Virus record (IMG/VR): IMGVR_UViG_3300047388_000220 | Span: 4,975 to 68,974 of that record | DNA: 64,000 bases | Source: a virus | Strand: one strand, 5' to 3' | In this document: one piece after another, positions 1 to 8,957 of the stretch | Numbering within the stretch: the stretch's first letter is position 1 | How the letters are laid out: each line of letters starts with the position of its first letter | Program-made: the position numbers and the translations under genes | Notes under the pieces: generated by a model | Databases searched by the model: none | The model's input: only the letters and a program-made list of their open reading frames with translations | Told to the model about the DNA's origin: nothing

Positions 1-2912
1 AACTGGAACGGTCGGAGCTTGACCTCCCATGGTGGATCACCTTGACCCTGCCAGTCGGTTACGCGATTGGCGCCAGCAAGGAATGAGACAAACAGGCTAC
101 CATTGCCGCGCGCATTCAGGTTGATCCCCGCCAGTTTGCAGAGGGTCATGGCCTGCTGCGCGGCGACCGTCTCGTATTGGCAATCGATCCCGGCGCCGTT
201 GTCGTTGTAAACACCTGGGGTGATGGCCTGCACCGTCCCATCCGGACCAGACGACGCAATCAGATATTGCGAGATGTACTGGCGCTCGACCTGCTCGGTT
301 ATATCGACGGGCCCCTCAACCGGGTCAGGCTGGCCCGGGATTGCGCGATAGTACCGGCCTCCGACAAAGCCTTGAATGTCGTCAACCGAGTATTTACGGC
401 AGGCCTCGATGGTGATTTCCTTCTGTGAGTAGCGCGAAAAGAGAAGTGGCTGAGCCCAGCCCTCCTCGTAATTGAGCGTAAGCACGACGTTTGGAACCAT
501 GCTCGCCCCAACCGGAAACCCCATCCGGACCTCATGCTGCTCGACATCGATCGCACACCAGATGTACTGTGCCGCCTTCCAGTTGATCGTGTTCCACCAG
601 CGGGGCAGTTCCTTCGAGACGAGCTCCGGATAGGCGTCGGCGTACTTGTAGATGCCGCTTGAGTGCACGAAAATGATGAAGTTTCCGCAGACGTCGACGG
701 CGCGCGGCCCGCATGGGCCGACCTTCTGCCAGCGCTTGGTTGGCACCCATGTCGCCGGATCCGCAGTTGATGGCGTAACCTCGAACCCCGACCGCTCGCG
801 CAGCGAATAGAGCGTCCCGCGGTACTCCCGCACGCACCAGGCGCGCTCCCCGTCATCGGCGCCCACTGTGAGAAGTGAAGTATCGCCGTAATAGCTCTCT
901 GGGTCGGCCGCGAGCGAAACCCAGTGGCTTGTGTAGAAGCCCGGCACACATGATTGGAAAATACGATTAGTCGATTCCGAATAGTAGAGATCGACGCATT
1001 GTTGAGGCTGGATCACTCGAAGCCGGTCGGTGATGTTTGTCGCCGCGCTGGCAAGGATCCCGGCCATGTACTCATCGGTGAAGTTGACGACAGCCGTCTT
1101 CGTTCCGTTCGGGAAGATGGTTGCCGTGATCGGAATGCCATCAGAGACCATCGTCCTCGGGATGTATCCGAAGGGGCCGGCGCTCAGTCCATCGGCAACC
1201 GTGAAGCCGACAATCACATTCTTGATGTAACTCGGACCAGTCGGCAGGTTGAAAATTCCAAGCTCCCATCCGTTTTCGTCGACATCGTAGCCGAAAGCGG
1301 CGGACTGCCTTATCCCGGAGATGGTGTCGAACATATCTTGATAAGCCACAATCGCCCAGCGCAAGCCCTGGGTGCCGTTAGGACCGCCAGTAGCCGTGTC
1401 TTGGGCGATGTTTCCACCCGGGCCTGTCGTATTCACCGTCGGCGGAGGATGCCCAGTTGCCGAGTTGAGAATGTTCACCGTCGCACCATTGGGGTAATTG
1501 CCAACCAGGGCGAAATTTGCGAAAGGCGGGAACATGGATCCGTCGAAGACGGTTCCGGTCGGGACATCGCATTCGTAGATATTGACACTCGTAACCGCGT
1601 AGCCTATAGGGAACTGGACCGTGACTGACATTGCATCGTTTAACTGCGTATCGATCACAGAATTTGCGGGCCCAGGCGTGGTTTCCCCGATCGCGTTGAG
1701 GTAGGTCATCAGGACATACACATCGCGAAAGGCCGGAAAGGCCCCGCCATTCGCATTCCGAACCGTAATCGGCTCAACGTCAGGCGTCGGTAGCTGACCG
1801 CCTGTAACCCTTGCTGAATTGGTCGTCGGCGGAGGAATCGCGGGGGGAGGGGTTGAGATGATGGTTGCTGTTCCCCCGAGAGGAAATGGCGATCCGGTCA
1901 GTTGCCCATATTTAGAAAGTTGCGGAGCCTGCGCGCCAGTCGCCACGGCGTAGTAATAGACATTGCATCCGGTCGGGATATATGAAGGCGACAGCCCCTG
2001 AATCCAGCCCGCCAGTGACCCCAGCGTCGGAATCGTCACCACAACCGCGGTGCTGCCTAGGACCGTGGTGATCATGCGCGCCACGCTTGAGAGGCTCTCC
2101 CCCTGGGCATTGACGAACGTCAGAATCACATATACATCCCATGCGGCGAAGATGCCCGACGCAGCGGAAGAGAGCGCAATCGAAGCCTGGAGAGGAGCCG
2201 GCAGTCGGTTGGCCAGGACGGGCGTCTGCTCCTTCCATGTCACTGTGCCATCGATGACGGTGCCGCCCTCGGTCAGAGGCCACGCGGGCTGGACCTGTCC
2301 TGTCTTTCCTGCCACGGTGCAGATGTAGAGATGACCATTGCCGACAGCCACGGTCACACCTTCCTCAAGGATCGACGGTGTGGTGCATTCCCCCACCAGC
2401 ACAAGGGCGCCCGCGTACCAGCCGAATCCAACCGGCTTCATTCCATAGGGGTAGAGTGCCTTGGTCTGGAGATCGTAAGCAGCGGGGAACGCGGTCGGCG
2501 TCAGGAGGTCGGAGAACGACATCCAGGCCCGGTTATAGGCCTGAGATCCGATCATGTGCGACTGCGCAGGAAGCGGGACCAGCGGACTGCTGATAGGCGT
2601 CGTAGCGCCGCTCCCGGTCGGAGTCTCGATCTGGAGGGCGCCGGTATAGTCGTAGAGCAATATGCTCTGGAAATACGACTGCAACGCCGATTCCGGCGTA
2701 AAGGCGCTTCCCAGGAGACCAGTAATCGGGCTTTGGTTGAGTCCCTGGATGGCTGTTTGCAGACCCCAGCGGGTCTCGATCTCTGTCAGCGTGAATCGGA
2801 TATTCTTCGCCACCGCCGCACAGCCGGTGGGGAGATTGGTCGGATCTGACTGATCGACAAGGCCTAGCCATCGAGAATACTCAACTTTTGTAGCCGAGCC
2901 GTAATTCGCCAA
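1..2912 (-). CDS. Tail tubular protein B / P22 gp10-like head-closure (nozzle) protein; 3' end runs off the window
   Basis: Absent from the ORF track because there is no stop in the window. Manual translation from TTG at 2912: MANYGSATKVEYSRWLGLVDQSDPTNLP...DLYYSESTNRIF...KVGPCGPRAVDVCGNFIIFVHSSGIYKY...PWEVKLRPFQ; frame spot-checked open. Size >970 aa, beta-propeller-like motifs and position after the adaptor gene fit this family. Confidence 0.65.
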   Translation of the reverse strand, partial: MANYGSATKVEYSRWLGLVDQSDPTNLPTGCAAVAKNIRFTLTEIETRWGLQTAIQGLNQSPITGLLGSAFTPESALQSYFQSILLYDYTGALQIETPTGSGATTPISSPLVPLPAQSHMIGSQAYNRAWMSFSDLLTPTAFPAAYDLQTKALYPYGMKPVGFGWYAGALVLVGECTTPSILEEGVTVAVGNGHLYICTVAGKTGQVQPAWPLTEGGTVIDGTVTWKEQTPVLANRLPAPLQASIALSSAASGIFAAWDVYVILTFVNAQGESLSSVARMITTVLGSTAVVVTIPTLGSLAGWIQGLSPSYIPTGCNVYYYAVATGAQAPQLSKYGQLTGSPFPLGGTATIISTPPPAIPPPTTNSARVTGGQLPTPDVEPITVRNANGGAFPAFRDVYVLMTYLNAIGETTPGPANSVIDTQLNDAMSVTVQFPIGYAVTSVNIYECDVPTGTVFDGSMFPPFANFALVGNYPNGATVNILNSATGHPPPTVNTTGPGGNIAQDTATGGPNGTQGLRWAIVAYQDMFDTISGIRQSAAFGYDVDENGWELGIFNLPTGPSYIKNVIVGFTVADGLSAGPFGYIPRTMVSDGIPITATIFPNGTKTAVVNFTDEYMAGILASAATNITDRLRVIQPQQCVDLYYSESTNRIFQSCVPGFYTSHWVSLAADPESYYGDTSLLTVGADDGERAWCVREYRGTLYSLRERSGFEVTPSTADPATWVPTKRWQKVGPCGPRAVDVCGNFIIFVHSSGIYKYADAYPELVSKELPRWWNTINWKAAQYIWCAIDVEQHEVRMGFPVGASMVPNVVLTLNYEEGWAQPLLFSRYSQKEITIEACRKYSVDDIQGFVGGRYYRAIPGQPDPVEGPVDITEQVERQYISQYLIASSGPDGTVQAITPGVYNDNGAGIDCQYETVAAQQAMTLCKLAGINLNARGNGSLFVSFLAGANRVTDWQGQGDPPWEVKLRPFQ

Positions 2913-2915
2913 GGG

Positions 2916-3284
2916 TTAGTACCCCTGCAAATTATGGTCAACTTCGACGAGAAACACGCCAGCCAGAACTGGAGCGGGATAGGCGATCGCCGTCAACTCC
3001 ACGTTGCCATTCCAGAGCGAGACGTTAAACTCTCCAGCGTTCGCCGTCGGCTTCAACTCCATTCGCCAGCCGCCGCCTTGAGTGCTGAAAGCGCGCGGCG
3101 GGACGGCAAGGTTTACATTGCCCCCCGAGAGAGTGCGCGCGGCGGGATTGAGCAGGTTTTTGGCGAGAAGGCTGAGTACCTCGCCAGGTGTGCCTGGGTA
3201 GTTGCCAGTGAATACGATTTGAATCAGGTTGGTTTTGAAGTTCTCGCCGCTTTTCTGGTACAAGAGCGTTGCTGTTACTCCCAT
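2916..3284 (-). CDS. Hypothetical virion structural protein (122 aa)
   Basis: AAGGAG RBS; beta-rich; lies between tail tubular A- and B-like genes. Confidence 0.6.
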   Translation of the reverse strand: MGVTATLLYQKSGENFKTNLIQIVFTGNYPGTPGEVLSLLAKNLLNPAARTLSGGNVNLAVPPRAFSTQGGGWRMELKPTANAGEFNVSLWNGNVELTAIAYPAPVLAGVFLVEVDHNLQGY

Positions 3285-3300
3285 GTGCGTTCTCCTTTTT

Positions 3301-4020
3301 TTAGATGAGCTTGACGTACAGGTTAGACTTCCGCCATTCGAACCCCATATTTCCTCTTAGATTGAACGTCCATCCCAGTCCCCGGCCGCGATTCGCTCTA
3401 TTGGGAGAGCCAAGCCGGAACGACTGGTGCTGTTGCTGGCGCGTGAGATCAGCCGCGATCTCTTCCCATGCAGCCTGCGCCTGCTTGCCGTAGTTATCTA
3501 CCCAGCCCTGGTTCGGCCGCTCCATCCCAATGAGAGTCACAATCGAGAACGCTAGAGCGCTGCTCGCATTGGGGTGAATCTCGATGATCGAGTCGTCCGA
3601 GATCAGTGGCTTCGGAAGAAATTCCCCTCGAACCCGAATGTCGAACAGTCCAGCCTGGACCTGCGAGGGGGTGTCTGGAAGAATAGTGCATTCCTGGACC
3701 GGCTTGTACTGATTGTTGGCTGTATTCACCGGCTTGAAGTCGACCGCCAGCGGAGTGATCAGATCATCGAGCGGATAAGTGTTCTCCTGCCCTTGCCCCA
3801 CAGCGAACGGCGTTAAATTCATCTCGTCCGTGCCAACCGACACGGACGGAATGAGCACCACGCGCTCGATGTATGGACTGCACGAGCCTTTCAGCCACTG
3901 GATAGCGACTTCGTAAGCCTGCTCACATAGGGGCCCGAAGTACTCCGGGACCAAATAGTCGAGGAACGGATCTCCAATGAGTGCAGCCACTTTTCGGTAA
4001 CAGTCACCCCGCGTCTTCAT
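3301..4020 (-). CDS. Head-tail adaptor / tail tubular protein A-like (start revised to MKTRGDC at 4020)
   Basis: 239 aa; helical N-terminus and C-terminal SALAFSIVTLI...YGKQAQAAWEEI pattern typical of adaptors; synteny. Confidence 0.5.
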   Translation of the reverse strand: MKTRGDCYRKVAALIGDPFLDYLVPEYFGPLCEQAYEVAIQWLKGSCSPYIERVVLIPSVSVGTDEMNLTPFAVGQGQENTYPLDDLITPLAVDFKPVNTANNQYKPVQECTILPDTPSQVQAGLFDIRVRGEFLPKPLISDDSIIEIHPNASSALAFSIVTLIGMERPNQGWVDNYGKQAQAAWEEIAADLTRQQQHQSFRLGSPNRANRGRGLGWTFNLRGNMGFEWRKSNLYVKLI

Positions 4021-4025
4021 GTGCG

Positions 4026-4943
4026 TTACGCCATCGCCTTCTGACGCCGCTCGATCTCCGCCTTGACCTTCTTCCACTGCTCAGCATTCAGTGTCTGCAG
4101 GCGAACGTGGTCCTGCGTGATCTCGCCACTCATGAAGGCAACAAATGGGTCGTAGACGTAGGAGCACTTGCACATGCCCGTTTTCGACACGTACGGCACG
4201 TTGCACCGCGGGCAGCAATCCTCCGCCCGTACCTGCGTATTGCGCCAGGCGACCGGAGTCTGAATCCAGTTCATCTTCAGCGCGAAGTCTGCCCAGGTGT
4301 GCTCCGCCCGCTGGATGTTGGCCCTCTGCTTTGGATCGTCGGCCCAGTGTCCGGCCTGCTCAAGCACCGCCATGCAGCGCATTCTCATCTGCTCGTCGGC
4401 CTCGTCCAGCATGTCTTTGAGTACGCGGGTCGAGAACGTCATGTAGCGCCGCCCCTTCTTGAAGGTGAACTGCGGCACCCTGACCTCAGATTTCGGCGTC
4501 AGGCCCTCCATGTCGCCCTCGAAAACCACCACGCCGCCCTGCTTGAATACCTTATCCTCGTCCGTCACGCCGATGTACCAGAACTTGAATTCCATCGCCT
4601 GGACGATCGGGAGCAGGATGTTTACATCGTAGTTCGCGCGCAGGCTCTTGTCCGACATCTCCATGTTGCCCTTGTAGATCGGGTAGCTCACCGTCCCGGT
4701 AATGGTGTGGTGCGAGAACGGCTTGCCATCGGGCCGCGGAGGGACCACATAACTCCAAAGTCCCGTCTCGACCTTCAATTCGAACGGCGAGCGGTTCAGG
4801 ATCGTGGCCGGCTTGATCTCCCCGCGTAGCTCAAGATCCGTCAACTTGGTTTCCCTGATCGCCACGCGCTGCTGCGCGGCATGGCCAAGACTCTGCTGAA
4901 TCTCGGCTGGTAGTACGGGGTGATCGATGATTGTGGTTCCCAT
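4026..4943 (-). CDS. Hypothetical protein with C-terminal zinc ribbon (CCPRC...CKC)
   Basis: 305-aa ORF with AGGAG RBS in the late operon. Confidence 0.7.
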   Translation of the reverse strand: MGTTIIDHPVLPAEIQQSLGHAAQQRVAIRETKLTDLELRGEIKPATILNRSPFELKVETGLWSYVVPPRPDGKPFSHHTITGTVSYPIYKGNMEMSDKSLRANYDVNILLPIVQAMEFKFWYIGVTDEDKVFKQGGVVVFEGDMEGLTPKSEVRVPQFTFKKGRRYMTFSTRVLKDMLDEADEQMRMRCMAVLEQAGHWADDPKQRANIQRAEHTWADFALKMNWIQTPVAWRNTQVRAEDCCPRCNVPYVSKTGMCKCSYVYDPFVAFMSGEITQDHVRLQTLNAEQWKKVKAEIERRQKAMA

Positions 4944-5006
4944 AAAGCAGTCTCCTTTGAGGAATTAGGGGAATGGCGCTGCCAGTTTTAGCCAGGGCCA
5001 TTCTTG

Positions 5007-5153
5007 TTAGTCGAGTGTTGCGATCAGACCGCGACCGTAAATTTCAGCGGCTGAATGGGTGTATTTCTTCTTGGCGAATATGGCCGCTTCTTTGCCATCC
5101 AACCAAACAATCCAGTTTGTTTTGTTCTCGGTAATTTCGATTCTACTGTACAT
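5007..5153 (-). CDS. Small hypothetical protein (48 aa, MYSRIEITENKTNWIVWLDG...)
   Basis: Manual translation; GGAGG RBS; fills the gap between genes. Confidence 0.55.
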   Translation of the reverse strand: MYSRIEITENKTNWIVWLDGKEAAIFAKKKYTHSAAEIYGRGLIATLD

Positions 5154-5167
5154 TCTTCCCTCCAGTT

Positions 5168-5863
5168 TCAAAGATGGCTCGTCAAGCCCTGCCGGGTGAC
5201 AAGCCGGTTGCGGAACCCGCTCAGTGCCGGATTCCCTCTGATGTACTCAAGATGCGTCAGCCGCTGGTACGTGACTTCCTCTAAGAAAGCATCGTACTTC
5301 GCCTGCTCGCGCTCGTCGGCCTCTTCCATATCGTGCCGCATGGCGCGCGCGATAGCTTCCTCGTCGATCGTTCCATGAAGATGCGCAGAGTTCTCCCATG
5401 CCGCGATTGCCGCCCTCACGTCCTCAAGCAGCGGTATCTGCTCCCAGGGCCCGCCGCCCGACAGCATGAAGTAGCCACCAGTCTCCGGGTACGGTCCCAT
5501 CATCGGCGTGACTCCATCTTGCGAGAGAGCCGACTCCCACTGATCACGCGAGCCGTAAGCCGATGGCGGGAACCAGCGCTCAAGCACCCAGCCCGTCACC
5601 TGGTAGAGCGGAACCTCGAAGACGCCAATCCGAATCGCGTCCGGAGCTATCTGGCGCGTCTGGTAGCGAACATCGTTGCCGACCGTCTCGAAGTGCACTT
5701 GCTCCGTATCTTCGGCAAACTCCGTCCACATCCCGGCACGCTGGACGAGATGATTCTCGGCCAGGATGATGCGCCAGTTCGGCAGTTTGTATTCGTTGAC
5801 GCCGCCCCAGCGCGTGAGTTTCTCTGTAACTTCGAGCGGAGTGTCGCGAAGAGGATCTAACAT
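5168..5863 (-). CDS. Hypothetical phage protein (231 aa)
   Basis: ORF with GGAGG RBS overlapping the stop of the HNH gene. Confidence 0.7.
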   Translation of the reverse strand: MLDPLRDTPLEVTEKLTRWGGVNEYKLPNWRIILAENHLVQRAGMWTEFAEDTEQVHFETVGNDVRYQTRQIAPDAIRIGVFEVPLYQVTGWVLERWFPPSAYGSRDQWESALSQDGVTPMMGPYPETGGYFMLSGGGPWEQIPLLEDVRAAIAAWENSAHLHGTIDEEAIARAMRHDMEEADEREQAKYDAFLEEVTYQRLTHLEYIRGNPALSGFRNRLVTRQGLTSHL

Positions 5864-6525
5864 TCAGCCTCCGGAAAGTTCAGTTTCGCGAAAGCACCAA
5901 AAACGATGCGCGCCTCGCGGTCGTAAACCTTCGCGCCTTCAACTGGGTCCGGGTACTGGCCAAGGTGTCTGCTCATTCCGTGGTCGTTGATCCTCACCTT
6001 GTACCAGCCTGGGCGCGTGGCTGGCGTCACTCCCTTGAATCCGGTTGAACTATCGCACCGTGTCCTTCTGTTGCCGCTGTTCTGTCGCGGATTGGCATCT
6101 CTCAAGTTTTTGCGCCGGTTATCGATACCGCAGCCATTTTCATGGTCCACGTGCTCGTCGTCATCGGTTCCCTTGATGATGCGATGCATCTTGATGTTGT
6201 AACCTCCGTCCCGAAGCCGGGCACGAGCGTAAAACCCCTTACCATCGTTCCTCGCTACGGCCTGCCACTTGAAAGTCATCAGCCAACGATAATCTGCGGC
6301 GTCGACGATGGCGTACAGGCCCTTGGTCAGCGGGATGAGACGGCAGTAAACGCCGTCAATCTTGAATGTCGGACCAACCTCGATTTCAAGATTAATCCGC
6401 TTGTCGTGGTTCATCAGGTACTTAAATGGCTCACCGCGAACCCACCCGAGATGAGGCACCGTAGCCCTTGCAATGTTCGTTTTGTTACCACACTTGCAGT
6501 GGCAAAATCCGTAGGGAATTTCCAT
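5857..6525 (-). CDS. HNH homing endonuclease with C-terminal AP2 domain
   Basis: IPLTKG...MHRII...VDHENGCGIDNRRKNLR HNH motif; TGFKGV...HLGQY...AKVYDREARIVFGAFAKLNF AP2 motif. Confidence 0.9.
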   Translation of the reverse strand: MEIPYGFCHCKCGNKTNIARATVPHLGWVRGEPFKYLMNHDKRINLEIEVGPTFKIDGVYCRLIPLTKGLYAIVDAADYRWLMTFKWQAVARNDGKGFYARARLRDGGYNIKMHRIIKGTDDDEHVDHENGCGIDNRRKNLRDANPRQNSGNRRTRCDSSTGFKGVTPATRPGWYKVRINDHGMSRHLGQYPDPVEGAKVYDREARIVFGAFAKLNFPEAEC

Positions 6526-6545
6526 GTGCTCTCCTTAGTGTCAGG

Positions 6546-6574
6546 ACAATAACACACAGAAACGGTTGAGTCAA
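6546..6574 (-). promoter_or_regulatory. Sigma70-like promoter of the HNH gene
   Basis: TTGACT-N17-TATTGT with TG extended -10, just upstream of AAGGAG RBS. Confidence 0.55.
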
Positions 6575-6623
6575 AGCCTTACGGCCAGCCGACGCCACGA
6601 CTAGCCGCAAGTCTCTGAGCTTA

Positions 6624-7928
6624 CTAGTTATTGAAGCTGGATTGAATGCTCAATCCATAGACGACTCCGCTGGTCCAGTTATTTCGGCTCGCATAATTGA
6701 CTGCATCATATAACCATGCGTCCTTATAGGAACTGGTATTATTCCCAGAGGGTCTTTGGAACCAGATTCCGTCAATTTGCCCAGGCACAAATTCGGGTGC
6801 CGAATTGAACCGGCACCGGATCATGCTGCTCCGGTCCATGAAGTAGAGCTTATCGACGGCGGCGACGGTATCGAGCAGCCATTCGATGCCGGAGATGGTC
6901 TCCATGGTGAATGTGTCGGGAACGCCATCAAACTTGGGCGCCTTGCCGGTTGGCATGGTGACTTGCTGGATGGCGAATCCAAGCTGATTCCATGAAGCGC
7001 GCTGCGCGTTGTGGCCGTACCAGAAGTTTTTGGGCCGGTCGCGGTTGTAGGTGGTATTGCCGAGAGCCTGCTGCATGCGGGTAAGGAAGGTCTCGACGAT
7101 GCCCAGGGTCAGGAGTGAGTTGGCGTTGTAGGCCGGCGACTGGACGTAACTCAGAGAGCGATCCATGCCGAGGTACTCGCCGGTGGTCAACGGGCTGATG
7201 ATGTACTGGATGCCGTTGAAGAACAGCGGCGACTGCGCAGCCACGTTGTTGACCATCACATAGTCGCCGGCGATGACGCCCGGGGGAACCGTATCGACCG
7301 TGACCTGGTTGCCGGCGCCGATGCCGTTCTTCGGAGCATCGATGACGACGGCGGAGCCGCGGAGGGTGTAGTTGCCGTCTCCAGACATGAACTGAATTGT
7401 GTCCTGGATGTCGATCAGGCGCGATCCGAATGGGGCTGTCGCGAGCGAGATGGGGTTTGCGCCGCCGCCGGCGTAGGTGGCTGCCACGGTCGCAATCTGG
7501 CCAGTATTGAAGCCCTGGAGCGACTGGTTGCGCTTCTTGGGCATCTTTGTGTGAGCATCGGCTACGAGCTTATCGACAGGGTTGACGGCGATGACCGTCT
7601 TGCCGCTTGAGCCGATGCGCTTCTGGAGGTCGGTCGCGGTGATGGCGAGCAGGATCTCAACGGGGGTCATAATCCCCTCGTTGTAGGCTCCGCCAGTGCC
7701 GGCTGGGTAGTTGCCGCCGTCGGTCGAACCGGCGCCGAAACTGCCACCGTACTCGTACTGCAGCATGACGCGGAATTCCTGGAGGGATGTGATGGTCTGC
7801 GGTCCCATGGTTGAGAAACGGCGGTCAAGTTCTGACTCCATGTTCTCAATGACTTCCTTGGGAGGCGTGTAGGTCTGCAGCATGATAACCGAATCGGCCG
7901 ATGCTGTCGTAAAGTTGGGTGCGGGCAT
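6624..7928 (-). CDS. Major capsid protein (HK97 fold, inferred)
   Basis: 434 aa; strong AAGGAG RBS; downstream of portal and scaffold; C-terminal TISGIEWLLDTVAAVDKLYFMD...YASRNNWTSGVVYGL resembles P22-like coat proteins. Confidence 0.75.
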   Translation of the reverse strand: MPAPNFTTASADSVIMLQTYTPPKEVIENMESELDRRFSTMGPQTITSLQEFRVMLQYEYGGSFGAGSTDGGNYPAGTGGAYNEGIMTPVEILLAITATDLQKRIGSSGKTVIAVNPVDKLVADAHTKMPKKRNQSLQGFNTGQIATVAATYAGGGANPISLATAPFGSRLIDIQDTIQFMSGDGNYTLRGSAVVIDAPKNGIGAGNQVTVDTVPPGVIAGDYVMVNNVAAQSPLFFNGIQYIISPLTTGEYLGMDRSLSYVQSPAYNANSLLTLGIVETFLTRMQQALGNTTYNRDRPKNFWYGHNAQRASWNQLGFAIQQVTMPTGKAPKFDGVPDTFTMETISGIEWLLDTVAAVDKLYFMDRSSMIRCRFNSAPEFVPGQIDGIWFQRPSGNNTSSYKDAWLYDAVNYASRNNWTSGVVYGLSIQSSFNN

Positions 7929-8141
7929 TTGTAGACACTCCTTCGCGTTACGCTCGGTAGGGGAGCGTGCAGCGTGTTACTCAGTTATGAGGAGTGAAGG
8001 ACGCGCCCGACGAGACCGTCAGGCGGCTTGGTGCTGTGAGCTAGTCACGGTTTCTCTGTGAGTCGTCGTCCCTAACCGGGGGAGTAGCCCGGTACTCCTT
8101 TGGGAGTCAACTCTCGATACTTTGGCTTTCGCTCGATCTTT
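7929..8141 (-). ncRNA. Candidate structured 5' leader of the capsid mRNA
   Basis: At least five hairpins (7950-7968, 8004-8025, 8045-8061, 8075-8093, 8094-8107) plus a 7-bp anti-SD at 7990-7996 complementary to the SD at 7936-7942. Confidence 0.5.
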
Positions 8142-8494
8142 CTAAACCTTTGGCAGAAACGTGCGTGCGATGTGTTGCGCCAGTGGGAAGGGAATCTTGG
8201 CGATCATGGCGGATGCCCGCTTCCGTGCGCTAGACTTGCTGCCTTGGCCCGCTTCCAGGGCATTGCCCGGTAGCTGTACGCCCGGCAGGGAGGCGAAGCG
8301 ACGATGACTGCGGCATATTTAAATTCGGAGCCGTGGAGGCTACGCACGTCCCGGAGGATCAGTGTGCCTGGGTAGCCGCCTGTGCCGTAGTCATGCGCCT
8401 CAATGTCGTAGCCGCAGCACTCGTACCCTTCGGCTAGAAACCCTTCGCTCCATCCGCCGAGTCCGCAGAAGAGGTCGATACAAATAGGTTTCAT
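8142..8494 (-). pseudogene. Internally deleted DNA cytosine-5 methyltransferase
   Basis: N-terminus MKPICIDLFCGLGG (motif I) and ASPPC (motif IV) stops at 8204; the family-type C-terminus GSKSSARKRASAMIAKIPFPLAQHIARTF follows at once in another frame, ending at 8142; the middle (ENV motif) is missing. Confidence 0.75.
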
Positions 8495-8673
8495 CCGCAC
8501 ACTGTAACCCAGTGGCCCATCGGGATGCAGCCAAGCCAGTAATCGAATTGCCAGATTGTACTGCACGGACTCGGCGCTGGCCAGATCGGGCTACTGCTGG
8601 CCTGGGCCAGAATGGCGCTGAGTAGTACGCAAACCACTACGCACAGAATGATGGTTATTTTATTCAGCTTCAT
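8491..8673 (-). CDS. Small exported/membrane protein (60 aa)
   Basis: Hydrophobic N-terminus MKLNKITIILCVVVCVLLSAILAQA; ATGA overlaps at both ends. Confidence 0.6.
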   Translation of the reverse strand: MKLNKITIILCVVVCVLLSAILAQASSSPIWPAPSPCSTIWQFDYWLGCIPMGHWVTVCG

Positions 8674-8957
8674 TTGCTCGCCTTTTCGCCGTCAGCACTT
8701 CTCGCTGCCGGACGCCCTGCAATCTTGGCAATCACGCGCCGCCGGGCTGCGCTCCGTTCAAATCTAAACTTACACCACCCTTGGTGGCCCCATGCATCTC
8801 CGCACGGGCATTTAGGCAGTTCTTTCGCCAATGGAGCATAGTTGCGGACCGTGTTCGTGCTGATGCTTAACTGCCGAGAGATCCGGCGAATGGTGTAGCC
8901 AGGCGTTCGCAGCATAGCCAAGAGCAACCTGCGCTTCGATATTGGAAGAATATTCAT
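8670..8957 (-). CDS. Small HTH protein with Cys/His motif
   Basis: TIRRISRQLSISTNTVRNY helix-turn-helix; CPCG...HQGWC. Confidence 0.65.
   Translation of the reverse strand: MNILPISKRRLLLAMLRTPGYTIRRISRQLSISTNTVRNYAPLAKELPKCPCGDAWGHQGWCKFRFERSAARRRVIAKIAGRPAARSADGEKASK

Noticed and set aside
177-2871. Many short ORF-track calls (e.g. 299-949, 954-1628, 2331-2849)
   Set aside because: Shadows of the long minus-strand tail gene that the track missed because it has no stop in the window
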